Source of the DNA: an uncultured Erysipelotrichaceae bacterium
GTDB lineage: Bacteria; Bacillota_I; Bacilli_A; Erysipelotrichales; Erysipelotrichaceae
Assembly: GCA_964457525.1 (NCBI GenBank)
Contig: CAYWGS010000014.1
Coordinates: forward strand, 6,880-24,443
Direction of reading: 5' to 3'
DNA length: 17,564 nucleotides
Part shown: positions 10,417-17,564 of the stretch, one piece after another
Position numbering within the stretch: the first letter of the stretch is position 1
How the letters are laid out: each line of letters starts with the position of its first letter
Program-made: the position numbers and the translations under genes
The notes under the pieces: model-generated
What the model was told of the DNA's origin: nothing
Databases searched by the model: none
What the model saw: the letters and a program-made list of their open reading frames with translations, nothing else

Positions 10417-10431
10417 TGTCAAGGAGTGACA
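10417..10431 (+). promoter_or_regulatory. Small hairpin presenting the rpmJ Shine-Dalgarno sequence in its loop
   Basis: TGTCA-AGGAG-TGACA is a perfect 5-bp inverted repeat with the SD as the 5-nt loop, 3 nt upstream of ATG 10435. The stem is short and its functional relevance is unproven. Confidence 0.3.
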
Positions 10432-10434
10432 AGT

Positions 10435-10548
10435 ATGAAAGTTAGACCATCAGTCAAACCCATATGCGACAAATGCCGAGTCATCAAACGTAAAGGTCGC
10501 GTAATGGTTATTTGTGAGAATCCGAAGCACAAACAACGTCAAGGATAA
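10435..10548 (+). CDS. rpmJ: 50S ribosomal protein L36 (zinc-ribbon C3H form)
   Basis: Absent from the ORF track because it is too short. Manual translation gives [37 protein letters not shown] (37 aa). SD AAGGAG at 10421-10426. Confidence 0.96.
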   Translation: MKVRPSVKPICDKCRVIKRKGRVMVICENPKHKQRQG

Positions 10549-10566
10549 TAGGAGGAACATAGAAAC

Positions 10567-10932
10567 ATGGCTCGTATAGCAGGTATTGATATTCCACGCG
10601 ATAAACGTGTAGTAGTATCACTAACATATGTTTATGGAATCGGCCGTCCTTTGGCTGAAAAAATATTGGAAACAACACAAATTTCTGAAGATATCCGCGT
10701 TAAAGACTTGACAGATGACCAAGTCAACGCGATTCGTAAAGAAGTTGACAAAATTAAAGTAGAAGGTGACTTACGTCGTGAAATTAACTTAAACATCAAA
10801 CGTTTGATGGAAATTGGTTCATATCGTGGATTACGTCATCGTAAAGGTTTGCCAGTTCGTGGACAAAGAACACGTACGAATGCTCGTACGCGTAAAGGAC
10901 CACGTCGTACTGTGGCGAACAAGAAGAAATAG
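10567..10932 (+). CDS. rpsM: 30S ribosomal protein S13
   Basis: 121 aa. [15 protein letters not shown] start and the [25 protein letters not shown] motif. Confidence 0.98.
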   Translation: MARIAGIDIPRDKRVVVSLTYVYGIGRPLAEKILETTQISEDIRVKDLTDDQVNAIRKEVDKIKVEGDLRREINLNIKRLMEIGSYRGLRHRKGLPVRGQRTRTNARTRKGPRRTVANKKK

Positions 10933-10944
10933 GAGGATTGAAAC

Positions 10945-11334
10945 ATGGCAACAAAACCAGCAACACGTAAACGTCGTGTACGTAAGAATGTCGCTCGCGG
11001 TGTAGCACACATTCATTCTACCTTCAACAACACAATCGTAACAATTACGGATGAACAAGGTAATGTAATTTCTTGGTCTAGTGCAGGTGCATTAGGTTAC
11101 AAGGGATCTCGTAAATCAACACCATTCGCAGCTCAACAATGTTCTGAAGCAGCAGCGAAAGCAGCTGTAGATCACGGAATGCGTACTGTTGAAGTTTTAG
11201 TTAAGGGCGTAGGTCCAGGAAGAGAATCTGCTGTTCGTAGCTTACAAACTGCAGGTTTAAATATCACTGTTATCAATGATATTACACCAATTCCACATAA
11301 CGGATGCCGTCCACCTAAACGTCCACGTGGTTAG
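10945..11334 (+). CDS. rpsK: 30S ribosomal protein S11
   Basis: 129 aa. [18 protein letters not shown] and [16 protein letters not shown] motifs. Confidence 0.98.
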   Translation: MATKPATRKRRVRKNVARGVAHIHSTFNNTIVTITDEQGNVISWSSAGALGYKGSRKSTPFAAQQCSEAAAKAAVDHGMRTVEVLVKGVGPGRESAVRSLQTAGLNITVINDITPIPHNGCRPPKRPRG

Positions 11335-11356
11335 GATTTAATGAGGAGGGACCGAA

Positions 11357-12316
11357 ATGCAAAAATTTGAACGTGCACAATTTGAAATAAAAGAATATGT
11401 AGAATCCAATCACTACGGAAAGTTTGAAGTTCAACCTTTAGAACGTGGTTTTGGTACAACGATCGGCAATGCATTAAGAAGAGTGTTACTCTCCTCGTTA
11501 CCGGGAGCAGCGGTTTATTCTGTCAAAATTGAAGGCGTATATCACGAATTCACCTCAATTCCTGGTGTCGTGGAAGATGTCACCAATATTATTCTAAATT
11601 TAAAAGACTTGATTCTAATGATCAGTGATGATGAAACTTACACACTTCGTATTAATGCGAAGGGTAGTAAAGTTGTGACTGGTGGAGACATTGAATGTCC
11701 TGCTAACGTTGAAGTCTTAAATAAAGACTTAGTTATCGCAACATTAGAAGAAGGCGCAATTCTTGAAATGGAAATGAAAGCGAAAAATGGCCGTGGCTAT
11801 GTTTCTGCTGATCAAAATAAGAGCCTACATCAAGGTGCTTCTCAAGGAATTGGAACGATTTATACAGATTCCATCTATACACCAATCAAGCGTGTTAGTT
11901 ACAATGCGGAACCTACACGTGTTGGTCAAGATGCGAAGTATGATAAATTAATTATGGAAGTTTGGACCAATGGTTCAATTACTCCACAATCATCAATTGC
12001 GTTAGCAGCTCGTATTTTAACGGATCACTTGGATTTATTCAGTGATATCAATGATCAAGTTGCGTCAATGGATTCAGTAATTAAAGAATCTACAAATGAA
12101 AATACCAATAAAGGTATGGTCATGATGATTGAAGACTTAGACTTATCTGTACGTTCATACAACTGTTTGAAACGTGCTGGTATTCAAACTGTGGACGAAT
12201 TAACACAACGCAGCGAAGATGAAATGATGCGTGTTCGTAACCTCGGTAAGAAGTCATTAAAAGAAGTTAAAGAAAAACTTATCGACATGGGCCTCGGCTT
12301 CAAGGTCTATGATTAA
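11357..12316 (+). CDS. rpoA: DNA-directed RNA polymerase alpha subunit
   Basis: 319 aa. [28 protein letters not shown] and [23 protein letters not shown]. It directly follows rpsK with no rpsD, which is the Firmicute arrangement. Confidence 0.98.
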   Translation: MQKFERAQFEIKEYVESNHYGKFEVQPLERGFGTTIGNALRRVLLSSLPGAAVYSVKIEGVYHEFTSIPGVVEDVTNIILNLKDLILMISDDETYTLRINAKGSKVVTGGDIECPANVEVLNKDLVIATLEEGAILEMEMKAKNGRGYVSADQNKSLHQGASQGIGTIYTDSIYTPIKRVSYNAEPTRVGQDAKYDKLIMEVWTNGSITPQSSIALAARILTDHLDLFSDINDQVASMDSVIKESTNENTNKGMVMMIEDLDLSVRSYNCLKRAGIQTVDELTQRSEDEMMRVRNLGKKSLKEVKEKLIDMGLGFKVYD

Positions 12317-12333
12317 GGAGTGAAATAAGCACT

Positions 12334-12696
12334 ATGGAAAATCGTAAATTTGGACGTAATGCCGATCACCGCGTAGCAATGTTGCGTAACTTGGCAACAA
12401 GTTTAATTGTTAACGGTAAAATTGAAACAACTGAAATGAAAGCTATGGACTTACGTTCTGTCGTGGATGAATTAATCACCATCGCAAAACGTAATGACTT
12501 ACATGCTCGTCGTCAAGTTGCGGCTTACTTAAGAGATGTCGTTGCTGACAAGAAAACGGGTCAAACAGCACTACAAAAATTGTTTGACGAAATTGCACCA
12601 AAGTATGCTGACCGTAATGGTGGTTATACTCGTGTAATGAAAACAAGTGTTCGTCGTGGGGATGCAGCCCCTATGGCAACGATCGAGTTGGTATAG
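12334..12696 (+). CDS. rplQ: 50S ribosomal protein L17
   Basis: 120 aa. [19 protein letters not shown] and NGGYTRVMK motifs. Confidence 0.98.
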   Translation: MENRKFGRNADHRVAMLRNLATSLIVNGKIETTEMKAMDLRSVVDELITIAKRNDLHARRQVAAYLRDVVADKKTGQTALQKLFDEIAPKYADRNGGYTRVMKTSVRRGDAAPMATIELV

Positions 12697-12703
12697 AAAA
12701 CTG

Positions 12704-12729
12704 GGGAGCATCTGCTCCCTTTTCTTATT
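12704..12729 (+). terminator. Rho-independent terminator after rplQ
   Basis: The inverted repeat GGGAGCA (12704-12710) and TGCTCCC (12713-12719) gives an effective 6-bp GC-rich stem with an ATCT loop. It is followed by TTTTCTTATT and begins 8 nt after the rplQ stop. This is the only convincing terminator in the window. Confidence 0.8.
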
Positions 12730-13353
12730 ATGTTGGATCTAGATAAACTTAGAGAATCAGCACTAAAGGACAATGTCCCGATTATGCAAGAATCGGGCAT
12801 TTTGTATTGTCAGACATTTATTCAAGAGAAGAATATTCAATCAATTCTGGAAATTGGAACTGCTGTTGGGTATTGGAGCTTAAGAATGGCTTCACTCAAT
12901 AACACAATTCAAATAAGAACAGTTGAATATAGTGAAGAGCGCTATGAACAAGCAATTCAAAATGTAAAACAAGCTAATAAAGAGAAACAAGTAATTTGTT
13001 ATCACATGGACGCAAAAGACTATCAACCAGATACCATGTTTGATTTAATCTTTTTAGATGGTCCAAAAGCTCAACATAAGAACTATTTTAATAAGTTAAT
13101 ACCTTATTTGAATCCCAATGGATATATCATTGTCGACAACATGGCGTTTCATGGTCATGTAGAAAATCGATCAAACTTATCCCATCGTCGAGGATTACAG
13201 AAAATGGTTAATAAAATCGCGAAATTTCAAGACTGGATAATCAATCACCCAGATTATGTCACCATGCAACAAGACATTGCGGATGGTATTTTAGTTATAT
13301 GGCGAAAATACCCAGATGTTTCAAGATGTGATATGATTACAAAAGGAGAATAA
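12730..13353 (+). CDS. Class I SAM-dependent O-methyltransferase, family 3 (YrrM/TrmR-like; candidate tRNA ho5U34 methyltransferase)
   Basis: 207 aa. SAM motif I LEIGTAVGY (nt 12847-12873), with DLIFLDGPKAQ and IIVDNM (metal and SAM-site acidic residues of the caffeoyl-CoA OMT-like fold). The C-terminal WIINHPDYVTMQQDIADGILVI resembles, from memory, the B. subtilis YrrM/TrmR pattern. Start ATG 12730 has no SD and abuts the terminator, so the start is uncertain. Confidence 0.75.
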   Translation: MLDLDKLRESALKDNVPIMQESGILYCQTFIQEKNIQSILEIGTAVGYWSLRMASLNNTIQIRTVEYSEERYEQAIQNVKQANKEKQVICYHMDAKDYQPDTMFDLIFLDGPKAQHKNYFNKLIPYLNPNGYIIVDNMAFHGHVENRSNLSHRRGLQKMVNKIAKFQDWIINHPDYVTMQQDIADGILVIWRKYPDVSRCDMITKGE

Positions 13354-13355
13354 CG

Positions 13356-13823
13356 ATGAAAACATTATTAAAGTTAGTGACTCTTTCTGTAGCAGCAGCT
13401 GTTGCTTATAAAGTTTATGAACAAAATAAGAAAAAACAAGAAGATGCAAAAGTAATAGTTCCGATAGAACGAAAATCTAGCGATCTACCAGAACTAAATA
13501 TTGAAACAAAATTAGATAGTGGATTAATTCAAAGCTATAAAGTACAAGCTAAAGTTATGATGGATTCATATCCATCCGGAAAATTAATTGATCTTATTCA
13601 TACAGTAACATTTGCTGAACAAGAACAATTAAATCGTTTTATAAAAACAATTCAAGAATTATCAATCGACCATGAAGTAAACATGGACAATTTAAGCATT
13701 AACCTAAAAGAAACCATTCATACAGATGTCCAAGAAGCATTTAATCATATTATCAAAATAGCGGATATGAGTTCTGAAAACAATGGTCTTTATCATGGAT
13801 GGGTTTTTGAGAATCTTAAATAG
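13356..13823 (+). CDS. Hypothetical membrane-anchored protein; the C-terminal domain possibly has an RraB-like (PF06877-type) fold
   Basis: 155 aa. Good SD AAAGGAG 7 nt upstream. The N-terminal hydrophobic helix TLLKLVTLSVAAAVAYKVY is followed by the lysine cluster QNKKKQEDAK, so the positive-inside rule puts the C-terminal domain in the cytoplasm. The C-terminal LIHTVTFAEQEQLNRFIKTIQEL...IADMSSENNGLYHGWVFE resembles the RraB pattern (H-x-F, helix, ...YDGWG). The coding call is well supported, while the function is an inference. Confidence 0.7.
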   Translation: MKTLLKLVTLSVAAAVAYKVYEQNKKKQEDAKVIVPIERKSSDLPELNIETKLDSGLIQSYKVQAKVMMDSYPSGKLIDLIHTVTFAEQEQLNRFIKTIQELSIDHEVNMDNLSINLKETIHTDVQEAFNHIIKIADMSSENNGLYHGWVFENLK

Positions 13824-13826
13824 AAT

Positions 13827-14663
13827 GTGAGGACTATGAATCCAATAGAAGTAAAAGATTTAAGTTTTTCTTATGATCAACACCTTGATGTCGTAAAAGA
13901 CGTCTCTTTTAGTGTAGAACGCGGAAGCTATACGACACTCATTGGTCACAATGGAAGCGGTAAAAGTACAATCGCAAAATTAATTATTGGTTTATTAGAG
14001 AAGGAACAAGGTTCAATTCTAATTGATGGACAAGAACTTAATAATGATACAGTAGAAACCATTCGTAGAAAAATTGGGATTGTTTTCCAAAATCCTGATA
14101 ACCAATTTATCGGCGCAACTGTTCGTGATGATATTGCGTTTGGATTAGAAAACCATCAAGTACCATCCAATGAGATGGATCCAATTATTGAAAAATATGC
14201 TTCAGAAGTTGGAATGACTGAATATCTTGATCATGAACCAACACGATTATCGGGTGGGCAAAAACAAAGAGTTGCGATTGCAGGAATTCTTGCGATGAAA
14301 CCTGAAATCTTAATCTTAGATGAAGCAACATCCATGTTAGATCCTGAAGGTAAAGAAGAAATAAATGCTTTAGTTAAACAATTACATAAAGAGAATAATA
14401 TGACGATTTTATCCATCACACATGATGTCGAAGAAGTTATGCAGAGTGATCATGTTATTGTGATGTATGAAGGACGTATTATTAGAGATGGACTTCCCAG
14501 TCAAGTCATGTTAAATGAACAAGAACTTGTACGTTTAAAATTAGATGCGCCATATAGTGTTAAACTCGCAAATGAATTATCTAAACTTGGAATAAAAGTT
14601 AAGAATTCTTGGAATATGGAAGGGATGGTGGATGAGTTATGCCAATTGCTTTTGAAAAAGTAA
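13827..14663 (+). CDS. ecfA1: Energy-coupling factor (ECF) transporter ATPase EcfA1
   Basis: 278 aa from GTG 13827 (275 aa if ATG 13836). Walker A GHNGSGKST, signature LSGGQKQRVAIAG, Walker B ILILDEATS and H-loop ITHD. The FQNPDNQF motif is typical of EcfA. Confidence 0.93.
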   Translation: MRTMNPIEVKDLSFSYDQHLDVVKDVSFSVERGSYTTLIGHNGSGKSTIAKLIIGLLEKEQGSILIDGQELNNDTVETIRRKIGIVFQNPDNQFIGATVRDDIAFGLENHQVPSNEMDPIIEKYASEVGMTEYLDHEPTRLSGGQKQRVAIAGILAMKPEILILDEATSMLDPEGKEEINALVKQLHKENNMTILSITHDVEEVMQSDHVIVMYEGRIIRDGLPSQVMLNEQELVRLKLDAPYSVKLANELSKLGIKVKNSWNMEGMVDELCQLLLKK

Positions 14664-15496
14664 ACTATATATATTCGCCAAAGACTCCATTTCAATATGA
14701 AGCACTGAAAAGTATCGATTTAGCCATCGAGATTAATAAGATTACCGCAATTATTGGCCCTACTGGTAGTGGTAAGAGTACCTTAGTCCAACATCTTAAT
14801 GCATTACTTGTACCGACTTCAGGAACGGTATATATTTTAGATCGTGAGTTGAGTTCCAATCAAAAGAACAAAGACTTAAAATCACTAAGACAACGTGTTG
14901 GTTTAGTATTTCAGTTTCCAGAATATCAATTGTTCGAAGAAACTATTTTAAAAGATGTGATGTTTGGTCCATTAAACTTTAAAATGACTGAAGAAGAAGC
15001 TCGTCAAAAATCAATGACTGCTCTAACCATGGTTGGATTAGATCAATCCTATTATGATCGTTCTCCACTCGATATTTCTGGTGGTCAAAAGAGACGTGTA
15101 GCGATTGCGGGTATTTTAGCCATTAATCCAGATGTTTTAGTCTTAGATGAACCAACTGCAGGACTTGATCCTCAAGGCGCAAAAGCCATGATGGAATTAT
15201 TTGTAGAACTTAATCGTAAATATAACAAAACAATTTTAATTGTTACGCATGATATGGATCATGTGTTGAATTATTGTGATAACGTAGTCGTGATGAAGAA
15301 GGGTGAAGTTGTTACTCACCAACAAGTTAATGATTTCTTCTTTAAAGGTGAGTCTGTAGAAGATATCGAAATGACACTCCCTCAACGATTACGTGTCGTT
15401 GAAGCACTTAGACAAAAGGGCTTTAAACTAGATTCAAAAATATCCAATATTCAAGATTTAGCTCAAGCAATTAAAAAGGAGATACGCCATGAATAA
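14639..15496 (+). CDS. ecfA2: ECF transporter ATPase EcfA2
   Basis: 285 aa. Walker A GPTGSGKST, FQFPEYQLF, signature ISGGQKRRVAIAG, Walker B VLVLDEPTA and VTHD. Overlaps ecfA1 by 25 nt. Confidence 0.93.
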   Translation: MPIAFEKVNYIYSPKTPFQYEALKSIDLAIEINKITAIIGPTGSGKSTLVQHLNALLVPTSGTVYILDRELSSNQKNKDLKSLRQRVGLVFQFPEYQLFEETILKDVMFGPLNFKMTEEEARQKSMTALTMVGLDQSYYDRSPLDISGGQKRRVAIAGILAINPDVLVLDEPTAGLDPQGAKAMMELFVELNRKYNKTILIVTHDMDHVLNYCDNVVVMKKGEVVTHQQVNDFFFKGESVEDIEMTLPQRLRVVEALRQKGFKLDSKISNIQDLAQAIKKEIRHE

Positions 15497-16283
15497 TATA
15501 GCACTTGGTCGTTATTTGCCTTTAAATTCTATCGTTCACAAAATGGATCCACGTTATAAATTAGTTGCGATGTTAATCTTAATGGTCGCAATCTTCTTCC
15601 CATCTGGATACATAGGTTATGCGATTATTGGAGCATTTGTTTTATTCTCATTATTACTAGCGAAGTTAAATCTCAAAATGATTCTACGTGCAATGAAACC
15701 TATGTTATTTATGTTGGTATTTCTAACCTTTGTAAATACATTAGTTTTAAGAACTGGTTATGTTCTTATTGACCTATTCGGTTTTAAGATCTACAGTGAT
15801 GCAATATTCCAAACACTCTATATTACAATTCGTTTATTGCTCATGATTATGGTCACAACCATTCTTACTGCTACCACAAAACCTCTTGATTTAACCTTAG
15901 CCATAGAAGATTTATTTGCTCCATTAAAACGTTTTGGATTCCCTGCACATGAAATTGCGATGATGATTTCAATTGCTTTACGTTTTATCCCAACATTAAT
16001 TGATGAAACGAATCGTATTATGAAAGCACAAGCATCACGTGGTGTTGATCTAAAAGAAGGTACATTCAAAGAAAAGATTATGGCAATATTGTCCCTTATT
16101 GTTCCTCTTTTTGTATCAAGTTTCCAACGTGCTGAAGAGTTAGCAGATGCAATGGAGGCAAGAGGCTATATTCCTTCTGCCACAAGAACACGCTATAAAC
16201 AACTTAAACATACCTTAAAAGATTGGATTATGATGCTTTGTGTTCTTACCGTACTTGGAAGTGTAATATGGATAAGTCTATAA
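15489..16283 (+). CDS. ecfT: ECF transporter transmembrane (T) component EcfT
   Basis: 264 aa and polytopic. The coupling-helix motifs QASRGVD and AMEARGY are the two conserved x-Arg-Gly motifs of EcfT. 8-nt overlap with ecfA2. Confidence 0.92.
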   Translation: MNNIALGRYLPLNSIVHKMDPRYKLVAMLILMVAIFFPSGYIGYAIIGAFVLFSLLLAKLNLKMILRAMKPMLFMLVFLTFVNTLVLRTGYVLIDLFGFKIYSDAIFQTLYITIRLLLMIMVTTILTATTKPLDLTLAIEDLFAPLKRFGFPAHEIAMMISIALRFIPTLIDETNRIMKAQASRGVDLKEGTFKEKIMAILSLIVPLFVSSFQRAEELADAMEARGYIPSATRTRYKQLKHTLKDWIMMLCVLTVLGSVIWISL

Positions 16284-17023
16284 AAAGAGTTTTGTGCACT
16301 GTGATGTATCATGGAGCACATTATTCTGGTTGGCAAGTACAGGACAATAAACCCTCAATCCAATCAACTATACAAGGGGTATTGAGTCGTATGCATCACC
16401 ATCCAGTTAAGATTGCAGGATCGGGTCGTACAGATGCTGGCGTTCATGCGTTTGGACAATGTTTTCATTTTGATACGGATTTAGATTTAAGTGAAGAACG
16501 TTGGGTTATTGCGATAAATAGTCAACTCCCTAAAGACATTAAAATATTGGAAGCTAAATTTGTATCGAAACAATTTCATGCTCGATACAGTGCTGTTTCT
16601 AAGCGATATGATTATTTGATTTCTAAAGAAGAAGTAAATCCTTTTAGTTATCAAACACATTTAAGTGTTACAAAAGAACTTAACTATCATGCGATGAATC
16701 AAGCAATCAGTGTTTTGATTGGAACGCATGATTTTTCAAGTTTCTGTTCTAATTCATTTGAAGAAATGCCAAATCAAGTTCGAACACTAATGCACTTTGA
16801 ATGCATGGATGAAGGAGAACAAATCCGATTTGTGTTAATCGGAAATGGGTTCCTACGATACATGGTTCGAATGTTGGTTGCGGTTGTGCTCGATGTTGGA
16901 CTAGGTAAATTAAAGGTTAAAGATGTTCAAGAGATTCTAGATAAGAAAGATAAACGTGCCTATAGTGGGATCGTAGATTCATGTGGTCTATATCTTATGG
17001 AAGTGCATTATGATGAGGAATAG
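16268..17023 (+). CDS. truA: tRNA pseudouridine(38-40) synthase TruA
   Basis: The track ORF starts at 16223, inside ecfT. I place the start at ATG 16268 (MDKSIKRVLCTVMYHGAHYSGWQVQ, 251 aa), which is the normal TruA N-terminus. Catalytic-Asp motif GSGRTDAGVHA and FLRYMVR. Position after ecfT as in Bacillus. Confidence 0.9.
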   Translation: MDKSIKRVLCTVMYHGAHYSGWQVQDNKPSIQSTIQGVLSRMHHHPVKIAGSGRTDAGVHAFGQCFHFDTDLDLSEERWVIAINSQLPKDIKILEAKFVSKQFHARYSAVSKRYDYLISKEEVNPFSYQTHLSVTKELNYHAMNQAISVLIGTHDFSSFCSNSFEEMPNQVRTLMHFECMDEGEQIRFVLIGNGFLRYMVRMLVAVVLDVGLGKLKVKDVQEILDKKDKRAYSGIVDSCGLYLMEVHYDEE

Positions 17024-17025
17024 AT

Positions 17026-17564
17026 ATGATTAAGACAAATTACCACACCCATACAACAAGATGCAAACATGCGGAAGGTTTGGATGAAGAATATGTATTA
17101 GCAGCCATACAAGCTGGATTAACAGAAATTGGATTCTCAGACCATGCGCCATGGCCTAAACATCCATTAGAGCATCATAGTATTAGAATGGAACTATCTG
17201 AGTTTCCAGATTATGTTCAATCAATCAAACGTCTACAAAGACAGTATGCCAAGAAGATTAAGATTAACATAGGTCTTGAATCTGAATATTATCCTGATCG
17301 TATGGATTTCATGAAAAACTTAATGAATGACACACCTTTAGATTATTTAGTATTTGGTAATCATTTCCATCACTATGAAGCACGTGGACGTTACTATGGT
17401 AATTATGGGGATACACAAAATTTACTTAAACATTATAAAGAAGACTCAATCAATGGATTGAGAACAGGACTGTTCCGTATCTTTGCACATCCTGATTTAT
17501 TTGTAAGATCCATTAATGATTGGAATCAAGAGGTAGAAGAGATGTGTCGTGAGATTATTCTTTG
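17026..17564 (+). CDS. PHP-domain phosphoesterase, HisJ-family histidinol-phosphatase-like (5' part; 3' end beyond window)
   Basis: Not in the ORF track because no stop lies in the window. Manual translation from ATG 17026 (SD GAGGAA at 17015-17020) is open to the window end: MIKTNYHTHTTRCKHAEG...IGFSDHAP...GLESEY...GNHFHH...FAHPDLF. This is the PHP/HisJ metal-ligand series. Confidence 0.8.
   Translation, partial: MIKTNYHTHTTRCKHAEGLDEEYVLAAIQAGLTEIGFSDHAPWPKHPLEHHSIRMELSEFPDYVQSIKRLQRQYAKKIKINIGLESEYYPDRMDFMKNLMNDTPLDYLVFGNHFHHYEARGRYYGNYGDTQNLLKHYKEDSINGLRTGLFRIFAHPDLFVRSINDWNQEVEEMCREIIL

Noticed and set aside
10796-11058. Three overlapping ORFs (10796-11008 minus, 10814-11005 plus, 10831-11058 minus) at the rpsM-rpsK junction
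   Set aside because: All are out of frame with or antisense to S13 and S11, whose translations are unmistakable. The products are His, Val, Cys or Tyr rich and do not resemble real proteins.
12730-13823. Apparently lower GC of the two-gene insert as evidence of horizontal transfer
   Set aside because: By eye, the flanking ecf, truA and PHP genes look similarly AT-rich, and the GC-richer ribosomal genes reflect high-expression codon bias. No flanking repeats, integrase or tRNA attachment site are present, so there is no support for a mobile origin.
14231-16069. Minus-strand ORFs 14231-14419, 14501-14695 and 15818-16069
   Set aside because: They lie antisense to ecfA1, ecfA2 and ecfT and have no supporting signals.
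16223-16267. N-terminal extension of the truA ORF (MDYDALCSYRTWKCN...)
   Set aside because: The extension lies inside ecfT and is not TruA-like. The canonical TruA N-terminal beta-strand (VLCTVMYHGAHYSGWQ) begins right after ATG 16268. The start remains somewhat uncertain because the SD (GGAAG) is weak.
1-17564. Search for defence or toxin systems, CRISPR arrays, tRNA/rRNA/ncRNA genes, riboswitches, IS elements or prophage remnants
   Set aside because: Gene packing is nearly gap-free, and the largest spacer is 64 nt. Every ORF of 60 aa or more in a plausible context is assigned to a housekeeping family, apart from the single 155-aa protein. No repeat-spacer periodicity or inverted terminal repeats were seen.

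Overview
The window is almost entirely a conserved, co-directional (+ strand) translation-apparatus cluster of a low-GC Gram-positive bacterium (Bacillota). Bacilli or Erysipelotrichia is a plausible placement but cannot be proven from sequence alone. It holds the distal S10 operon (rplD 3' end to rpsQ), the spc operon (rplN to rplO, secY, adk, map), and infA-rpmJ-rpsM-rpsK-rpoA-rplQ. One clear rho-independent terminator follows. After it come a two-gene insert (a YrrM/TrmR-like O-methyltransferase and a 155-aa membrane-anchored protein of unknown function), then ecfA1-ecfA2-ecfT-truA, and an open-ended PHP/HisJ-family phosphatase gene that runs off the 3' edge. Two genes missing from the ORF track are added: rpmJ (too short for the track) and the open-ended PHP gene. 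Two track ORFs are re-started at better initiation sites (rpsQ, truA). I see no tRNA or rRNA genes, CRISPR arrays, IS elements, phage genes or recognisable defence or toxin modules. The only non-canonical piece is the insert at 12730-13823. Its second gene appears, from memory-based motif comparison, to carry an RraB-like (regulator of ribonuclease activity B) C-terminal domain on an N-terminal membrane anchor. That is the most checkable novelty here, and it is a modest one. Other points are lineage-level oddities of ribosomal proteins: no L30 gene, a long charged tail on S3, and a K/A-rich tail on L24. Overall this is an ordinary core-genome region, and I do not claim a new system.
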